From assembly GCA_036172245.1 (NCBI GenBank), contig JAYWIR010000033.1, positions 1,736,001 through 1,800,000 of the forward strand: a DNA stretch of 64,000 bases, written 5' to 3'. The position numbers and the translations under genes were made by a program. This DNA comes from Raillietiella orientalis. Lineage: Eukaryota. Positions 49,701-60,964 of this stretch are shown in pieces (within the stretch, counting starts at the first letter, position 1; each line of letters starts with the position of its first letter). A model generated the notes under the pieces. That model did no database searches and was not told the origin of the DNA. It saw only the letters and a program-made list of their open reading frames with translations.

Positions 49701-52700
49701 CTACCAGCTGACAAGTAACACAGCTCTCCAGAGACGAGGATGTTGCATTTACAACTCACGTGCCCTACGGAGCTGATAGCAAGGGCGGATCGAAATAAAA
49801 ATACAAATTGAAGACAGTAGAAAGAGCAAGCTCTATTTTAACCCACTGAGGATAGTCGAAAGTGGTACAGTAAGCTCGAATAAGTACTATCATTAAATTA
49901 GGATCCTCGCAACAGGATTACGGAGAAAGTCCTTGAACTGAAATGCCCAAAGAATGCCTACTCACGAGCTCGCTTTTCCGGAGGCTGATCGAGAGTACCA
50001 GTGCACCAGATTGCAGCTGGCAGAGTAGAACCCGAGAAAGCTCTGAGGACGATGTGCTTTCCAGAGCCCTCGGAAGATCTCTGGGAAACGACGCAGTGTG
50101 AATTTTGCATAAACCACGTTGTCTTCCGTGCATGGGAAAATCGAAGAGAGTTGCATGCCTTCTGTGTGCTGCTAAAAACAAAGAGTGCTTTTGCTCTCAG
50201 GAGTTCACGTCTTCATGTATTTTGTTCTGAAGAGAGTCTGCTGGAGAGTCGATTGCGCCACTTTGCCTTGAAATCATTCCTAACAGCTCTTTAATAGCTC
50301 AAGTCGTTGATTCCAACTCTTTTAACAGGGCAGTTCCTTGGTTCCAACAGAATTCCAAACCGTAAACCACTGGAAAGATCACAGTATGGTCAACAGTGCT
50401 GGAAAAATCAAAGCGCATCTCGGAGGAGATGGCGGTCTCTTGAAAAGGGAGTAATCTTTCGACGACATAACAGGCGCTTCTTCGGAGCCTTGATCTCCAG
50501 ATGCGCTCTCCTTGTTTCGGAGATGCTTTCGCGTGATTTGCTCTTCCGAAGAGATCATCTCCGGAGATGTCCGCATTCTACCGCTGAACGACGAGTCCAA
50601 GATCACAGCAAGCAAGCAAAGATTCGGGTGCAAATCAGAGAGGGAACGCTCACACGAGATGAGGATCAGAAGTATCCCAAAAGCAGGAAGGATGCCCGAC
50701 CGACTTCCCGACGGAGGGAGCATTCCATGAAAGTTAAGGATAAATGATGATGGGTGGATCATACTGTGTCCAAAGTTATGTCTTTTTACAAATACTAAAA
50801 TCCTGCGACTCTTAGATGAAGCTCAAAGCTTTAATTAAAAAAAGAAAGGAAAGCAGAGCGGAAGACATCCCATCTGGAAGACTGAACGCGCTTTAATCAC
50901 CATAGTTTAGGAGGAGGGATAAACGAAACGTCCAAGTATTATAACGGTTTCCAAGTCTGATGCTGATGCGGTGCTAATCTCACCGAAAATGCCCGAGCAA
51001 GAAACAGTTCAATTTCCAAAAGTTGATCAACTCCACAAATTCTTCCAGCTTACGAAAACTCAATAAATTGACGTCACACAAAAAAGATCTCGTGCGGTGG
51101 AGATGAAGGAAAAGGTAGTTTCCTTTGGTGATTGAATAGGAGAACTGTGGTCCTCATCTTTGGATTCGAGAGCGAAGGGAAGCTGAGAAAAATGAAGCTC
51201 CGTCGCTTCCATCCCTGGAATAAAAGAAATCTTCGGTTGCTGAGTTTCGTTTATTGAGGTAAATAAGAGCATCACCGAGATGCCAATTTGTTTTTTCTCT
51301 TTAGGCATTCTGGCCATTTGCAGCTGCAACAACCACACCATCTAAAAGTAAGAAGGGGTTGGAAGATGCTCCAGGAACCGAAAGGGCTGTTTTTTTTTTT
51401 TTTTTAATACCATTGTACCACACTTGTTCGATTCTGCCTTTCACACAATTTCCTTCCAGAATCCATGCTGCAGGATGGATCTTACCCAAACACAACCTCG
51501 TCGGGGTAGAAATCGAAAACCAACTGTCCTTGCTTTGCGAACAAGATAACCTGCCTTTCCTCCTGAAGAAGCAGATGCAAGGATGCACTTCCCAGTTTTA
51601 CGGAAGAGCAGCAGCACTCCCAGAGATGCGCTACTCGAAGTCTTCGGCCTGCAGAGACTGCACAAAGGTTGTCGTTGCATCAGATCGTCAAGGGATTCTG
51701 GGTGCTGCTGAGACTTTGGGGGCACGTGAGGAAAAAAGAAAAATGCACGGAATGTTGCTTGGATGTCGGGAAGCCGAACATCGGCTGAAGGTCGTTCTGC
51801 AGAGGTCCCGTGCATCTTCCAGAGCAACACGGCCCAGCGCAATCTGGGTTTCCCTTTAATACCAAACGTTCGTATTTTTTTTAAATGTCTTCTAATTAAC
51901 GACTTGGCCGTTCGTGACAAGGGAGGCTGTGACCTCGGAACCCACTTATTGGTACGGGCTGTTTCGCGATCACTTTGAACGACTTCATCCGTCCAGTTTC
52001 CATGCTTTGTGGGACTTCCCGGGACAGCAATTCCAACCCAGATCCTGTCATTATTTCGTAGTTTGGAGGAGTAAAAAACAAAATGCCTGCTTTCCGAGAG
52101 CCTTTCTTTTCTGAGAGCGAAGGAGGTGCTGATAATCTTGAACGTTAATTAGCTTCCAGGTTCTGCTGCATGGAGAGAACAAGTGACCTTGCTTGGAATT
52201 CCAAGGAAGCGTCCACTTGTTCCTGGAAGCTGCAGAGAAATGGGGTAACTCCGAAAGATTAAGAAAACTTCCTTGTTTCGGGGATTGAATTGCCATGCCT
52301 GCGACCAGGCCGAAGGACCCCAAATCTACCGAAAGGAAGAGAAAATTCACCCAGAAAAAAAAGAAATCAAAAATGATTGATAAATAAGCTAAAACAAATG
52401 AAATGCCAAGATGGAAGCTCCGTGCTGGAATTTGCTCTTGCGAAGGCTTCCAGAGAAACAGGAAAGACGCCGGTCGACTTAAGCAAAATGATCAAAAGAG
52501 AAATCCTTCTTTATTGGGACCCTGAAACGTATTCCCTCCAAAATAGTACTTCCACAACGGTTGTGGATTGCCGCAATAAAGAACGCAGCAACACTGGATG
52601 ACCACTGTCTCCAAGTCCTCGAAGCAAATAAAAAGAACTCACATAACAAGAGGTTCGATTCAGGAGAACGCACTCTCTCCAGAAACCTCCCATGTACGTA

Positions 52701-54469
52701 CGAGGCACCAACCCGTGCAGATCCAAAGCGACCAAACGAGTTATCCGAATTTTTCCCTTTTTGGGGTGAGGCAAGTGATATCCATCTACCTCCAGTTGCC
52801 ATGGCAACCTTCAGATGGCGATGCGTGGCAAAAGGGAGCAGGAGACGGCAAATGGGCAGGAAGCATATTGGAAATGAATTGCCAGCTTGGAGGCTCTTGC
52901 AAGAGACCCTCCAGGGGAAAAGGCAGTTTGATTGGATCGAAGAACCCTGAAGGTGGGCCGCCGAACAGGTGCGAAAACAACAAAGCGTGAGTCTGACAAG
53001 TGAGTGGGGGAATCCCCCACGAGCAAATAGTATGATCAAAGACCACGAAATGCAGGGGAAGGAACAATCACCCTTCCTCACATGGAAGCATTCTTTCACC
53101 CAATGCTAATTAAAAGGTCGTCAGCTGCCACAATCAGCACTGATTTGCGGCTTGATATCTTGCGAGAGTCCGGGGCTGGGGCCCTTACGAGAAGGTGAGG
53201 CTTTCGGTGGTGGAGCACACACGTTCCATTGAAGTAGGGGAAGGTGACGGGGAGCGAATGGAATGCAAGGCATACGGAGGGCCTTGCCGAGCGTGGGTCA
53301 GTGGTGTTCAGCAGTGTCCACGGCCTAAACGAAAACATCAATCGTCCAGCCGTGAGTAAAGAACAGCACATGGAGAAAAACGACACCACACCACCTTGTC
53401 CTGGGGCAGGTTTTCAGACCCCGGAGTTGCCTCCGTCACGACGATGGCGGAAACCTGGGAATGCAGCAGTAGTTGTTTCACTTGATCTTCGCGACCGGGG
53501 AAGCAGAAGCGGCTCCCAGCTTTTTCACAGCTTCATTGACAACTTTCCGTTCACAGCTGTGTTTCGATGTCGCTTCCCCTATGAATCCTTCCTCAGAACA
53601 TCTCAGAGACTGCTTCCCTGGAACAGTCAACGGGTCGCTTCGGCGCGAAAGCAGCACATACTCCCGCCTCCTTGTTAGCACACCAGAATTTTGAAGGAGG
53701 TCGATGACCGAGGTGCACTCTTTCCACGGACAGCATTAAAGTCCAGCATAGGAAATTTTGTATAGGGACTCCTGCCTTCGTCCAAACGAGCGAGAGATTC
53801 CTGCACAGGGTCATTCTTCGACGTATGAGGGACGTATCATATTCTGGACGAAAGTAGACATTGCTGATGTGGCTAGACTTCACAAGGAAGAGCAACATTC
53901 ATCTGATTCACAGGGGGTTCGTACGGAGGATGAGATGGGCCTGCTGCGCATCCTTCGGTACGCTGGTCGGGCTCTTGGCATGGATGGTACCAAGGGTTAA
54001 CGTCTTCGGAGAGGCCGGCCAGACCTATTACGCTGACTCTTTGGAGAGAAAGCACTACTCGAACTCCGGACAATAGGGGTCTGCTCTTGGATTTTCGCAC
54101 TCTTTCGAGAAAGACAACTTGCGCATCAAGATCTCCGTGCTTTTCTGGTATCGACGAATCCCTCCCCGTGAAGCCACCGTTCCCTGTCGGTAGCTGTGGA
54201 ACATTTGCGCACTTCCAAGTGTCTGGAGTCCCCTTGAGCGCCCTCTGGCTTCTTCCTCAACGCCTTCCTGCCCGTGACCTCGTGTTCAGTCTGCTGTAGC
54301 ATCCGATAACCGAAAGGTCGTTTCTTCAGATATGAGAAACAACGATCATCAAGCAACAAAGACTGGGGTATGCTGAGGCATGGCTCAGTGGGATGGTAAA
54401 AACAAAATTGCAGTTTCACCTGAAAGGAGGGAAAACTGAAGGGCATCACCGAGTTCGAGTGATCTTTAA

Positions 54470-57190
54470 CCTGATGCTTTGATCCATTCCGGCAGCAGCG
54501 TCCCTGTCGGGCGATCCAGAAGGGGTGAACGCAATGCTCCTTGGAGGTTAGGTTGTTTTAGTTTAATAATTGTGCGCCCACAACAGCGAGGTTCCATGGC
54601 CAAATGGACCAATGCGAGTTCGTGGATGAAACACCAACTTGCGATCACCACTGAAGGGGAGAGCTCCTTGCAGTGAAGGCTGCCTCCGGGTGAAAGAGGA
54701 TACTAGAGAGGGACACTTTCAATCCCTCTGAGCTCCAACTCAGTCTAGCACTATAGCTAGGGTGCTTCCCCCCCCCCCCCCCCGCAACACCAATGAAGAC
54801 ACCGATCCTCTTGAGACATGGCTGCTCCTTGAACCTCTCCAGGGTTCCCGGTGCAAGAAAGGAGTCATACTGTACTGGAGCTATGCACCGTGGAACTCGG
54901 ATGGACTCAATCTGCTTCGCGTGCATACCACTGTCGTCATCTTCGGCCACCAACGAAACACTGTATCCATCCAACACATCTTCCTCGAGACTCGCAACAG
55001 TTCTTCGGAGGTCACGAGCATGCAGTGGTTTTGTCCTCTCAGCGCATCCTCTCGTGACGAAGAGATAGGCAACGCTTCCATTTTCCTACCCTGGACGGGC
55101 GATTCCATCACATGCAAGTTAAGAGCAGGCGAAAGTGAGAGTTTGCACCATCTTCTCAGACTCTCAGTGTTCTTGAGCTCATCTTGAGATTCCTAATCGT
55201 TCTCTTTCTTGCGGGCTATGACTCATCCTGCGCTCCTGATCTACATTCCGGGAGTACTGAACGCTTGAGCAAAGGCACTACTTCCCTTCTCCCCCAGCAC
55301 TTTTCCATGGGAATTTTCAGCTTTTTCTACGCTCCGTCTTCCACTGCATCCCAAGATCTCTGGAAGCCTAAGACGAAGGTCCAAACTGTTTAAGGAACTC
55401 TTTTAGAGGCGAAGTGAAGAGTCGATCCTTACTGTGTGGCTTTCCTCCTTCTGTCATGACACTTCCAAGGTCGTTGATAGATATTCATGGGAGAAAGCGA
55501 CTTTATAGTATGCCTACTTCCGTTCACCTTCATCGAAGGACTGCTCTCGTAGCTGCCGAGCTCCCGTACTGGATGCAAGGGTTCGACTTCTCCATGAGGC
55601 AACTCGCCTCTCCAGTGGAAACCCATCGGGATATATCTCCTGCCGCCCAATGAAATTCAACGCCTGGCGGAAGGAGGCTGTTGAATCCTAGTCTGCATTC
55701 CAGGAAATGTGCCCTTAAGATCTTAACCCCCCGCAACACCTCTGTTGCCACGACCTCTGGAAGTGGTGATGCGATGAAGTCTTCCACTCTGGCCGCTACT
55801 CCCCTCGTTACAGCGCTGTTTGCCTACAGGGCAAGAGATGACAGCAGCTAACCGGCGAGGTAGGAGTTTTCCTGCACCATCGAGGGGAATGCAACACCCC
55901 TCGGTGCCTGGAAGACGCGTCAGTTGGTGGATGCTGCCACTCCGCATTCTGTGGTGAAGGGGCTCCTTCGGTGGGCCGATCTTTTGAGTGTTGTTCCTGA
56001 AGAACTTGTGTCGACAATAGGTCCTTCCCTATTGTCTGGACTGCTCATTGTTCTCCATGTCCTGAAAGCAGGCTGTACTACTCTTCATCTACTGGGGATT
56101 CCAGTGTAACAAGCAACGGTACCAAGATTCCGAAAGGGTGGCATCCTTGAACTGTGCCAGGTGCAGGTCGACGGAATCGATCCCTCTGCAAATGCTTCTA
56201 GACTGCGGTGCCCTTCAGGAACTGTAGCGGAGGCTGGCAGCAGCGCTGCTGCACCAGAAGGACACCGACCGAGATGTGCTGCGGCGGTTCTTCGTGCCGA
56301 GAGGCCTCTCGACGGGAGAGGCATTGCAGCCAAGCATCCGTGTCATCGTTGGGGCCCGACAGGCGTTGGAAACCACCATGCAGCGAAGTCAGGCCATCAG
56401 GACGGTAGCCAGCCACATCAGGAAGGCTGCAGGGTGGTCTCACCTGGAAGAGAAAGCGAAAGGGGAGATCACCGGCATCCACCGCCGGCTGATGTACGGT
56501 TTGGAACCAAGGACCCCGTGATCCCTGTCTCCCCCCCCTTTATTTTTTTTTATTTCTTGATCTCCTCCATCGCCTCTCGCTCCGTAACTTCCCCGGTGCT
56601 TCCACCTATTTTGTTTGCTTTTCTTGTCCCCTCGCCCCTCCCTCGTTCCGGACTTTCCGTTTTCCCGGCCTGTGTGCCGGCGCACCCTCCCCTTCGTTTC
56701 TTGTCGTCGTCGGCTGGGAACTTTTGTTCGCAACCGGTTTATTTTTTATAAAATAAACCCCCCAGTGTGACGGGGTGGAAAACTTCCCTTCATCTTCGAG
56801 CAATGGCCTCGAGTGTGTTCCCGGAACTCTCTGGTTGGTGTCTACCGACTCGGTGCAGCCCTCTTGGTCCGAGTGACCAGTCCTCACGTCTCTCCGTGAT
56901 GGCGGTGGGGGAAGTGACTCATCTGTTGAGGATATGACTCAGTGACACTTGCAGCCTTCCTCACCTTCTGCCCTAGCGATTGCCACTATAGCTGGTGGGC
57001 GAGGTCCTCACAGGCAGAAAGCTAAGTCAGGCTGCATTGCGATCTGAGAGTAGCTGGTTCTCTCCGTAGAACAGAGAGCCCCCTGGAGTCCTATCCTTCC
57101 AAGCTCATGACGTGGTCTTCCACTCATTTGGGTGTTGTCTTAAGACGGTGTATGACCATGCCTGCTTGGATTGAGCACACCATTCCACTC
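54470..57190 (-). mobile_element. Highly decayed R2-superfamily-like retrotransposon, interrupted by copy E
   Basis: Remnants in plausible order on the minus strand: LRQHPNEW and NQLL..FLPVRT (N-terminal finger/Myb-like), RTY..FFRNN, LPGTEG, EVLRGVK, MKVNG..IKSL, PRCCG (knuckle-like). Many stops and deletions. Confidence 0.4.
56091..56781 (+). mobile_element. 5'-truncated L1/Tx1-like LINE, family 1 copy E
   Basis: CARCRSTESIPLQMLLDCGALQEL*RRLA...AAGWSHLEEKAKGEITGIHRRL; UTR hairpins; AATAAA; terminus GGGGTGGAAA. TSD ACTACTCTTCATCT (56077-56090) / ACTTCCCTTCATCT (56782-56795). Confidence 0.85.
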
Positions 57191-59464
57191 CTCCAGCTTC
57201 ACCACATACTCATTCCTCTTGTGCCACGTGAGAAAGAAAGCAGCATGTGAGAAATATCCAGAGTCTCATCTGCTCCTGTGCAACGGTGCTGGACCAAAAA
57301 GTTCCACCGGCCGCTCTGTTTGGGATTCTCTTTCTCGCGCTTCGCCTGGATGAATTCGGGAGATGGCACGTTCGCTGTATAGGAGTTGTTTTCCATTTCT
57401 TCCCGAGAGGCTGAGTGCACTCGAACATCAAGTGTCTCTTCCCTAAAAGCACCGGCTGCACGATGGGGGAAGGTGCCCCCGAGCGGAGCAGAAACAGCGC
57501 TCCTGCTGGGACTGTTCGATCTTTCCACACCGGAAACCTTCATCTTCTCTGCTCGGTTCGCACTTCATCTCCCCTCTCGCTCTCGACGAGCAGGTCGGCT
57601 GCTGCAGGAGAGTTGTGGAAGAAGGAAAAGGAAAACTTCCGAACGCCCGTTTTGGCTCTCGGACGGAGAGCGCCATCGTCTCGGCTCTCCTCCAGTGCCG
57701 GAGATTCGCCGCAACCGCGCCAGGCGATCGGATCGCCCCCCTGCGATGGCCGTTTGACTCACCATCAATGAACAATGAAGCAGTAACACTCCAGAAATGA
57801 TGCTCATTAATTTGCAAACCATTTCGCTCCAGGAAAGTGCGACAGGCCTTTGCCGATGCACCGACTCTGGCCTTAATGGGAAGATGCTTTGCCAGAACCG
57901 AATATCGGAGTCCAAGCGATTGACCTGGCGGCACCGCAATTCATGCCGCCTGTCCGCACGATCGCAAATCTCAAGTGGCAGCAAACAAAACGGAAAGTAG
58001 GTCAGAAATGACTGCAAATATCTTTGGTGAGGGGAGGGGGGGGAGAGAATGAGAGAGAGAGGGAGAGAAAAAGACTGAAACCGAATTTTCAGGAGGAAAA
58101 TGGTCTGCTCTACAAAAGCATCTGCGGAAGACAATAAGCATGTTTTTGCGCAACGGCTGCTGTGGAGACGAAGATCCTAAAATCACTCGAAATACGTGAT
58201 GCGTCCATAAAGCGAGTTTACAAGGTGTTTCCAGGAAGCGAATTCTCCAACGGACGAGTTATTGCCGCGAGTAACCGAGCAACGGCCTGTCTCCTACTTT
58301 TCCACGGCACTGGGGCAGACGGTGGATTTCTGCCTTGGCAGTGGGGCGTTTTCGCATTGCGGATACAGGTCGTGCGTCACCATGCGCTTCGAACTCCCCG
58401 ATTCTTCCTTCGGGGGCTTCCCCACCTCCCGAAGTTGATCAGTGGATTTTGTAGGCTTTCGTTGCCTAGTGACGACTCTTCCTGAACTTCGAACGGAGGC
58501 ATGTGACGGGCTTCGTGCGGCAAACGGAGAAGGACTGGATTTTCCTTTTTTCTTTTTCTTTTATGTACCGATCCGAAAAACCACCACATGCAACCTCATG
58601 TCACATGTCTGGGAGAGGGCAGCCATTTTGAAAGAAAGGGGTGTCCTGGCCGCGCAAACAATTACAGGCTATTAGAGCTCTTTCGCGAGCGCGCGCGCAC
58701 ACGCACGCACAAAACACGCCTAGCGAAACCTACTGTGTTGCTGGGGAGAACGGTTCCGCCTCGTTTGTGAAGCGCCTGTGGTCAACCTGTTCACAAGCTC
58801 GCTGGTCGGTTAACCCTCGAGGCGCTAACTGGGATTCCCCCCCAGTTCCAGAGAGAATGCGACGGGATTTCCACCACGCAGAAAAGCGGACGCCTTCGAT
58901 GGAGAAGCGCGAGTGCCAAAGAGCCACCCTGATGGCGAAGTGCCTTCAGGGATCGATCTCCAGCAGCCAGCGTCGAGGGTTACTCTGAGCCGGAAGCGAA
59001 CAAACCGAAAATCGCTAAATCATGAGGAGAGAGGGAAAGCACAGGCGAAACGCACAAAAAAAAAAAAACAAACGCGAAAGAAGAACAGCGACGGGATGGG
59101 CTAAGAGATTCGGCTCGTCCAATCTGCTGAGTGGAGAGAAGTGGCTTCTCCAGACGAGACGCTGTGTCCTCCTCCTCCCAGAGAAGGAAACGGAGGATCA
59201 GCAGATGCGCACGCATCGCTCGCGCAGCTCAAGTGTTCGGAAACGTCACACGAGATACCTGATGGCCTGATGAGAGGAGAGGGAAACTTTTGTCCAATGA
59301 CTGACTGACTGGCACCTGATTCTGCAAACAACCCGAACGGGCTGTCGGGACTTGCTGCTCCCGGTCCAGAACCCTCGGTTAAAAAGCAAGAAAAAAAAAA
59401 AAAGAGAGAGAGAGAGAGAGAAAGGAATATACGCAAGCACACACACATACACGTGTGTGTTTTT

Positions 59465-59830
59465 TCAGATCGTAGGTGGATTCAGATCCGCTGCGGTGGC
59501 TTTCTTCCTCCTATGGGTGGGTCCGTCCACTGCCGACTTCCAGATCTCCGTGGGCTTCCTCGTCTGCATGCCGAGCGAAACACATCTCCGGAACTTTGAC
59601 ACCAAAATTTGGGTGCAAAAGGCGTGGCAAAGCGGATCCTCCCTCATCCCCGGGCAAAAGAGAAGTTTGAAAAAACCCACGAGGGTTTGCAAGGACTCCC
59701 TCCTTTCCTTCTATGCTCGCACCCGGCGTTCTACTGCAAGGTCCAAGGGATCTGTGGAAGACCAGAACTCTTCGAGCATTCTTCCGAAGGATTTTCTTCC
59801 TGGACCTCCATCGCAGCCTGCCGCGCTCTT
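59465..59830 (-). pseudogene. Exon-like coding remnant with an internal stop, unidentified
   Basis: KSFGRMLEEFWSSTDPLDLAVERRVRA*KERRESLQTLVGFFKLLFCPGMREDPLCHAFCTQILVSKF, with TAG at 59711. Confidence 0.3.
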
Positions 59831-60799
59831 TGTCGGATGAGGTCTCCAAAGTCTGTAGTCCTTGTCGCTCAAACCTACCACCTCTCTTGCTTGCCCCTCT
59901 CGTCTCTCCTTGCGCTGCAAAGTCGGTTTCCTAGAACTCCTAGACACCCACAAGGGTTCCTCTCTTCTCTGCCATGGAAGAAAAACGCAGAGTGCTAGCG
60001 CTGGCTGCTCTCGATGGTACTCTGCCTTGGTTCCCCGATTCTCCTAGTCATTGCCGGTGTGGACTCATTTGGATCAGGGTAGGCTAGCTGGAACTAGAAA
60101 AAGGATCTTTTCCACTTCCTCCTCTGCTTTATGTTAGCTCTAAAAGTGATCGCATAGTTTTTTTCTTCGTATCGCTGAGTGCCACAGAATCTCATGCTTT
60201 TCTCCCTTCTCTAATTCCACAGGCCGCGTTTTCCTCAACTGAATGTGGACCGAGCCTGGTAAGTGCCGCCTCTCTTCCTTCCGGCAGCACTGGGAAAAGC
60301 TTCAGCTCCTCTGCTGCCTGACTGCTGACTTGAGAGATCTGTTTCCCTCTGAAAAGCTCGATCAAAGGCTCAGCTTAGCAAAACACTGAAAGGGTGCTCA
60401 GGGACTGCTCCAAGAGCTGGCGATTCCAGCCGATCCTCATCTGAAACTGCTGAGCGCTCACCAAGAGAAGCATCCCTCCTTTCCACACTTAACCTCCTCT
60501 GACTCTCTTCCCTCCTGTTCAGCCATGATGCTTCGTCGCGTGGGAGAAGAGCAGCATCTTCGGAAAAGAGAGAGCAGAGTGCAACGCCGACCAGAAGGGC
60601 ATGTGGAGGATTCAAACCGCTGAGCTTTCTGTGCAAGCACACATACGCAAGCAAGCAGATTTTGTTTTCCTTTCTTTTTTTTGTATACGTGTGTGTGCTC
60701 CCCGGTAGAGAAGTGAAGGAAGAAAGCTTTCGGTTCTTCACACACCAATAAGCTGAAGTACAGAATGAGCAGCTTACAACCCCTCCACCTCAAGCCTGA

Positions 60800-60964
60800 C
60801 TTCGCGGCGTGACGTCAGTGTGCGCGATCAGCGTGGCTCCCAACAATGCAATCTAAAAATACACTGGGGAGACTTTGAAACCTGCGCATCCCGAGTCCAG
60901 CTTTGCGGCGTGACGTTAGCGTGCGCGATCGACACGGCGGCCAACAATGCAGTCTAAAAATACA
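60800..60964. repeat. Imperfect direct duplication, two ~64-bp copies 101 bp apart
   Basis: 60800-60863 cttcgcggcgtgacgtcagtgtgcgcgatc...caacaatgcaatctaaaaataca versus 60901-60964 ctttgcggcgtgacgttagcgtgcgcgatc...caacaatgcagtctaaaaataca. Confidence 0.9.

Noticed and set aside
27155..59713. Stop-codon reassignment as an explanation for in-frame stops in exon-like frames
   Set aside because: TAG (27155, 59711), TAA (37321) and TGA (37399) all occur, along with frameshifts, which fits ordinary decay.
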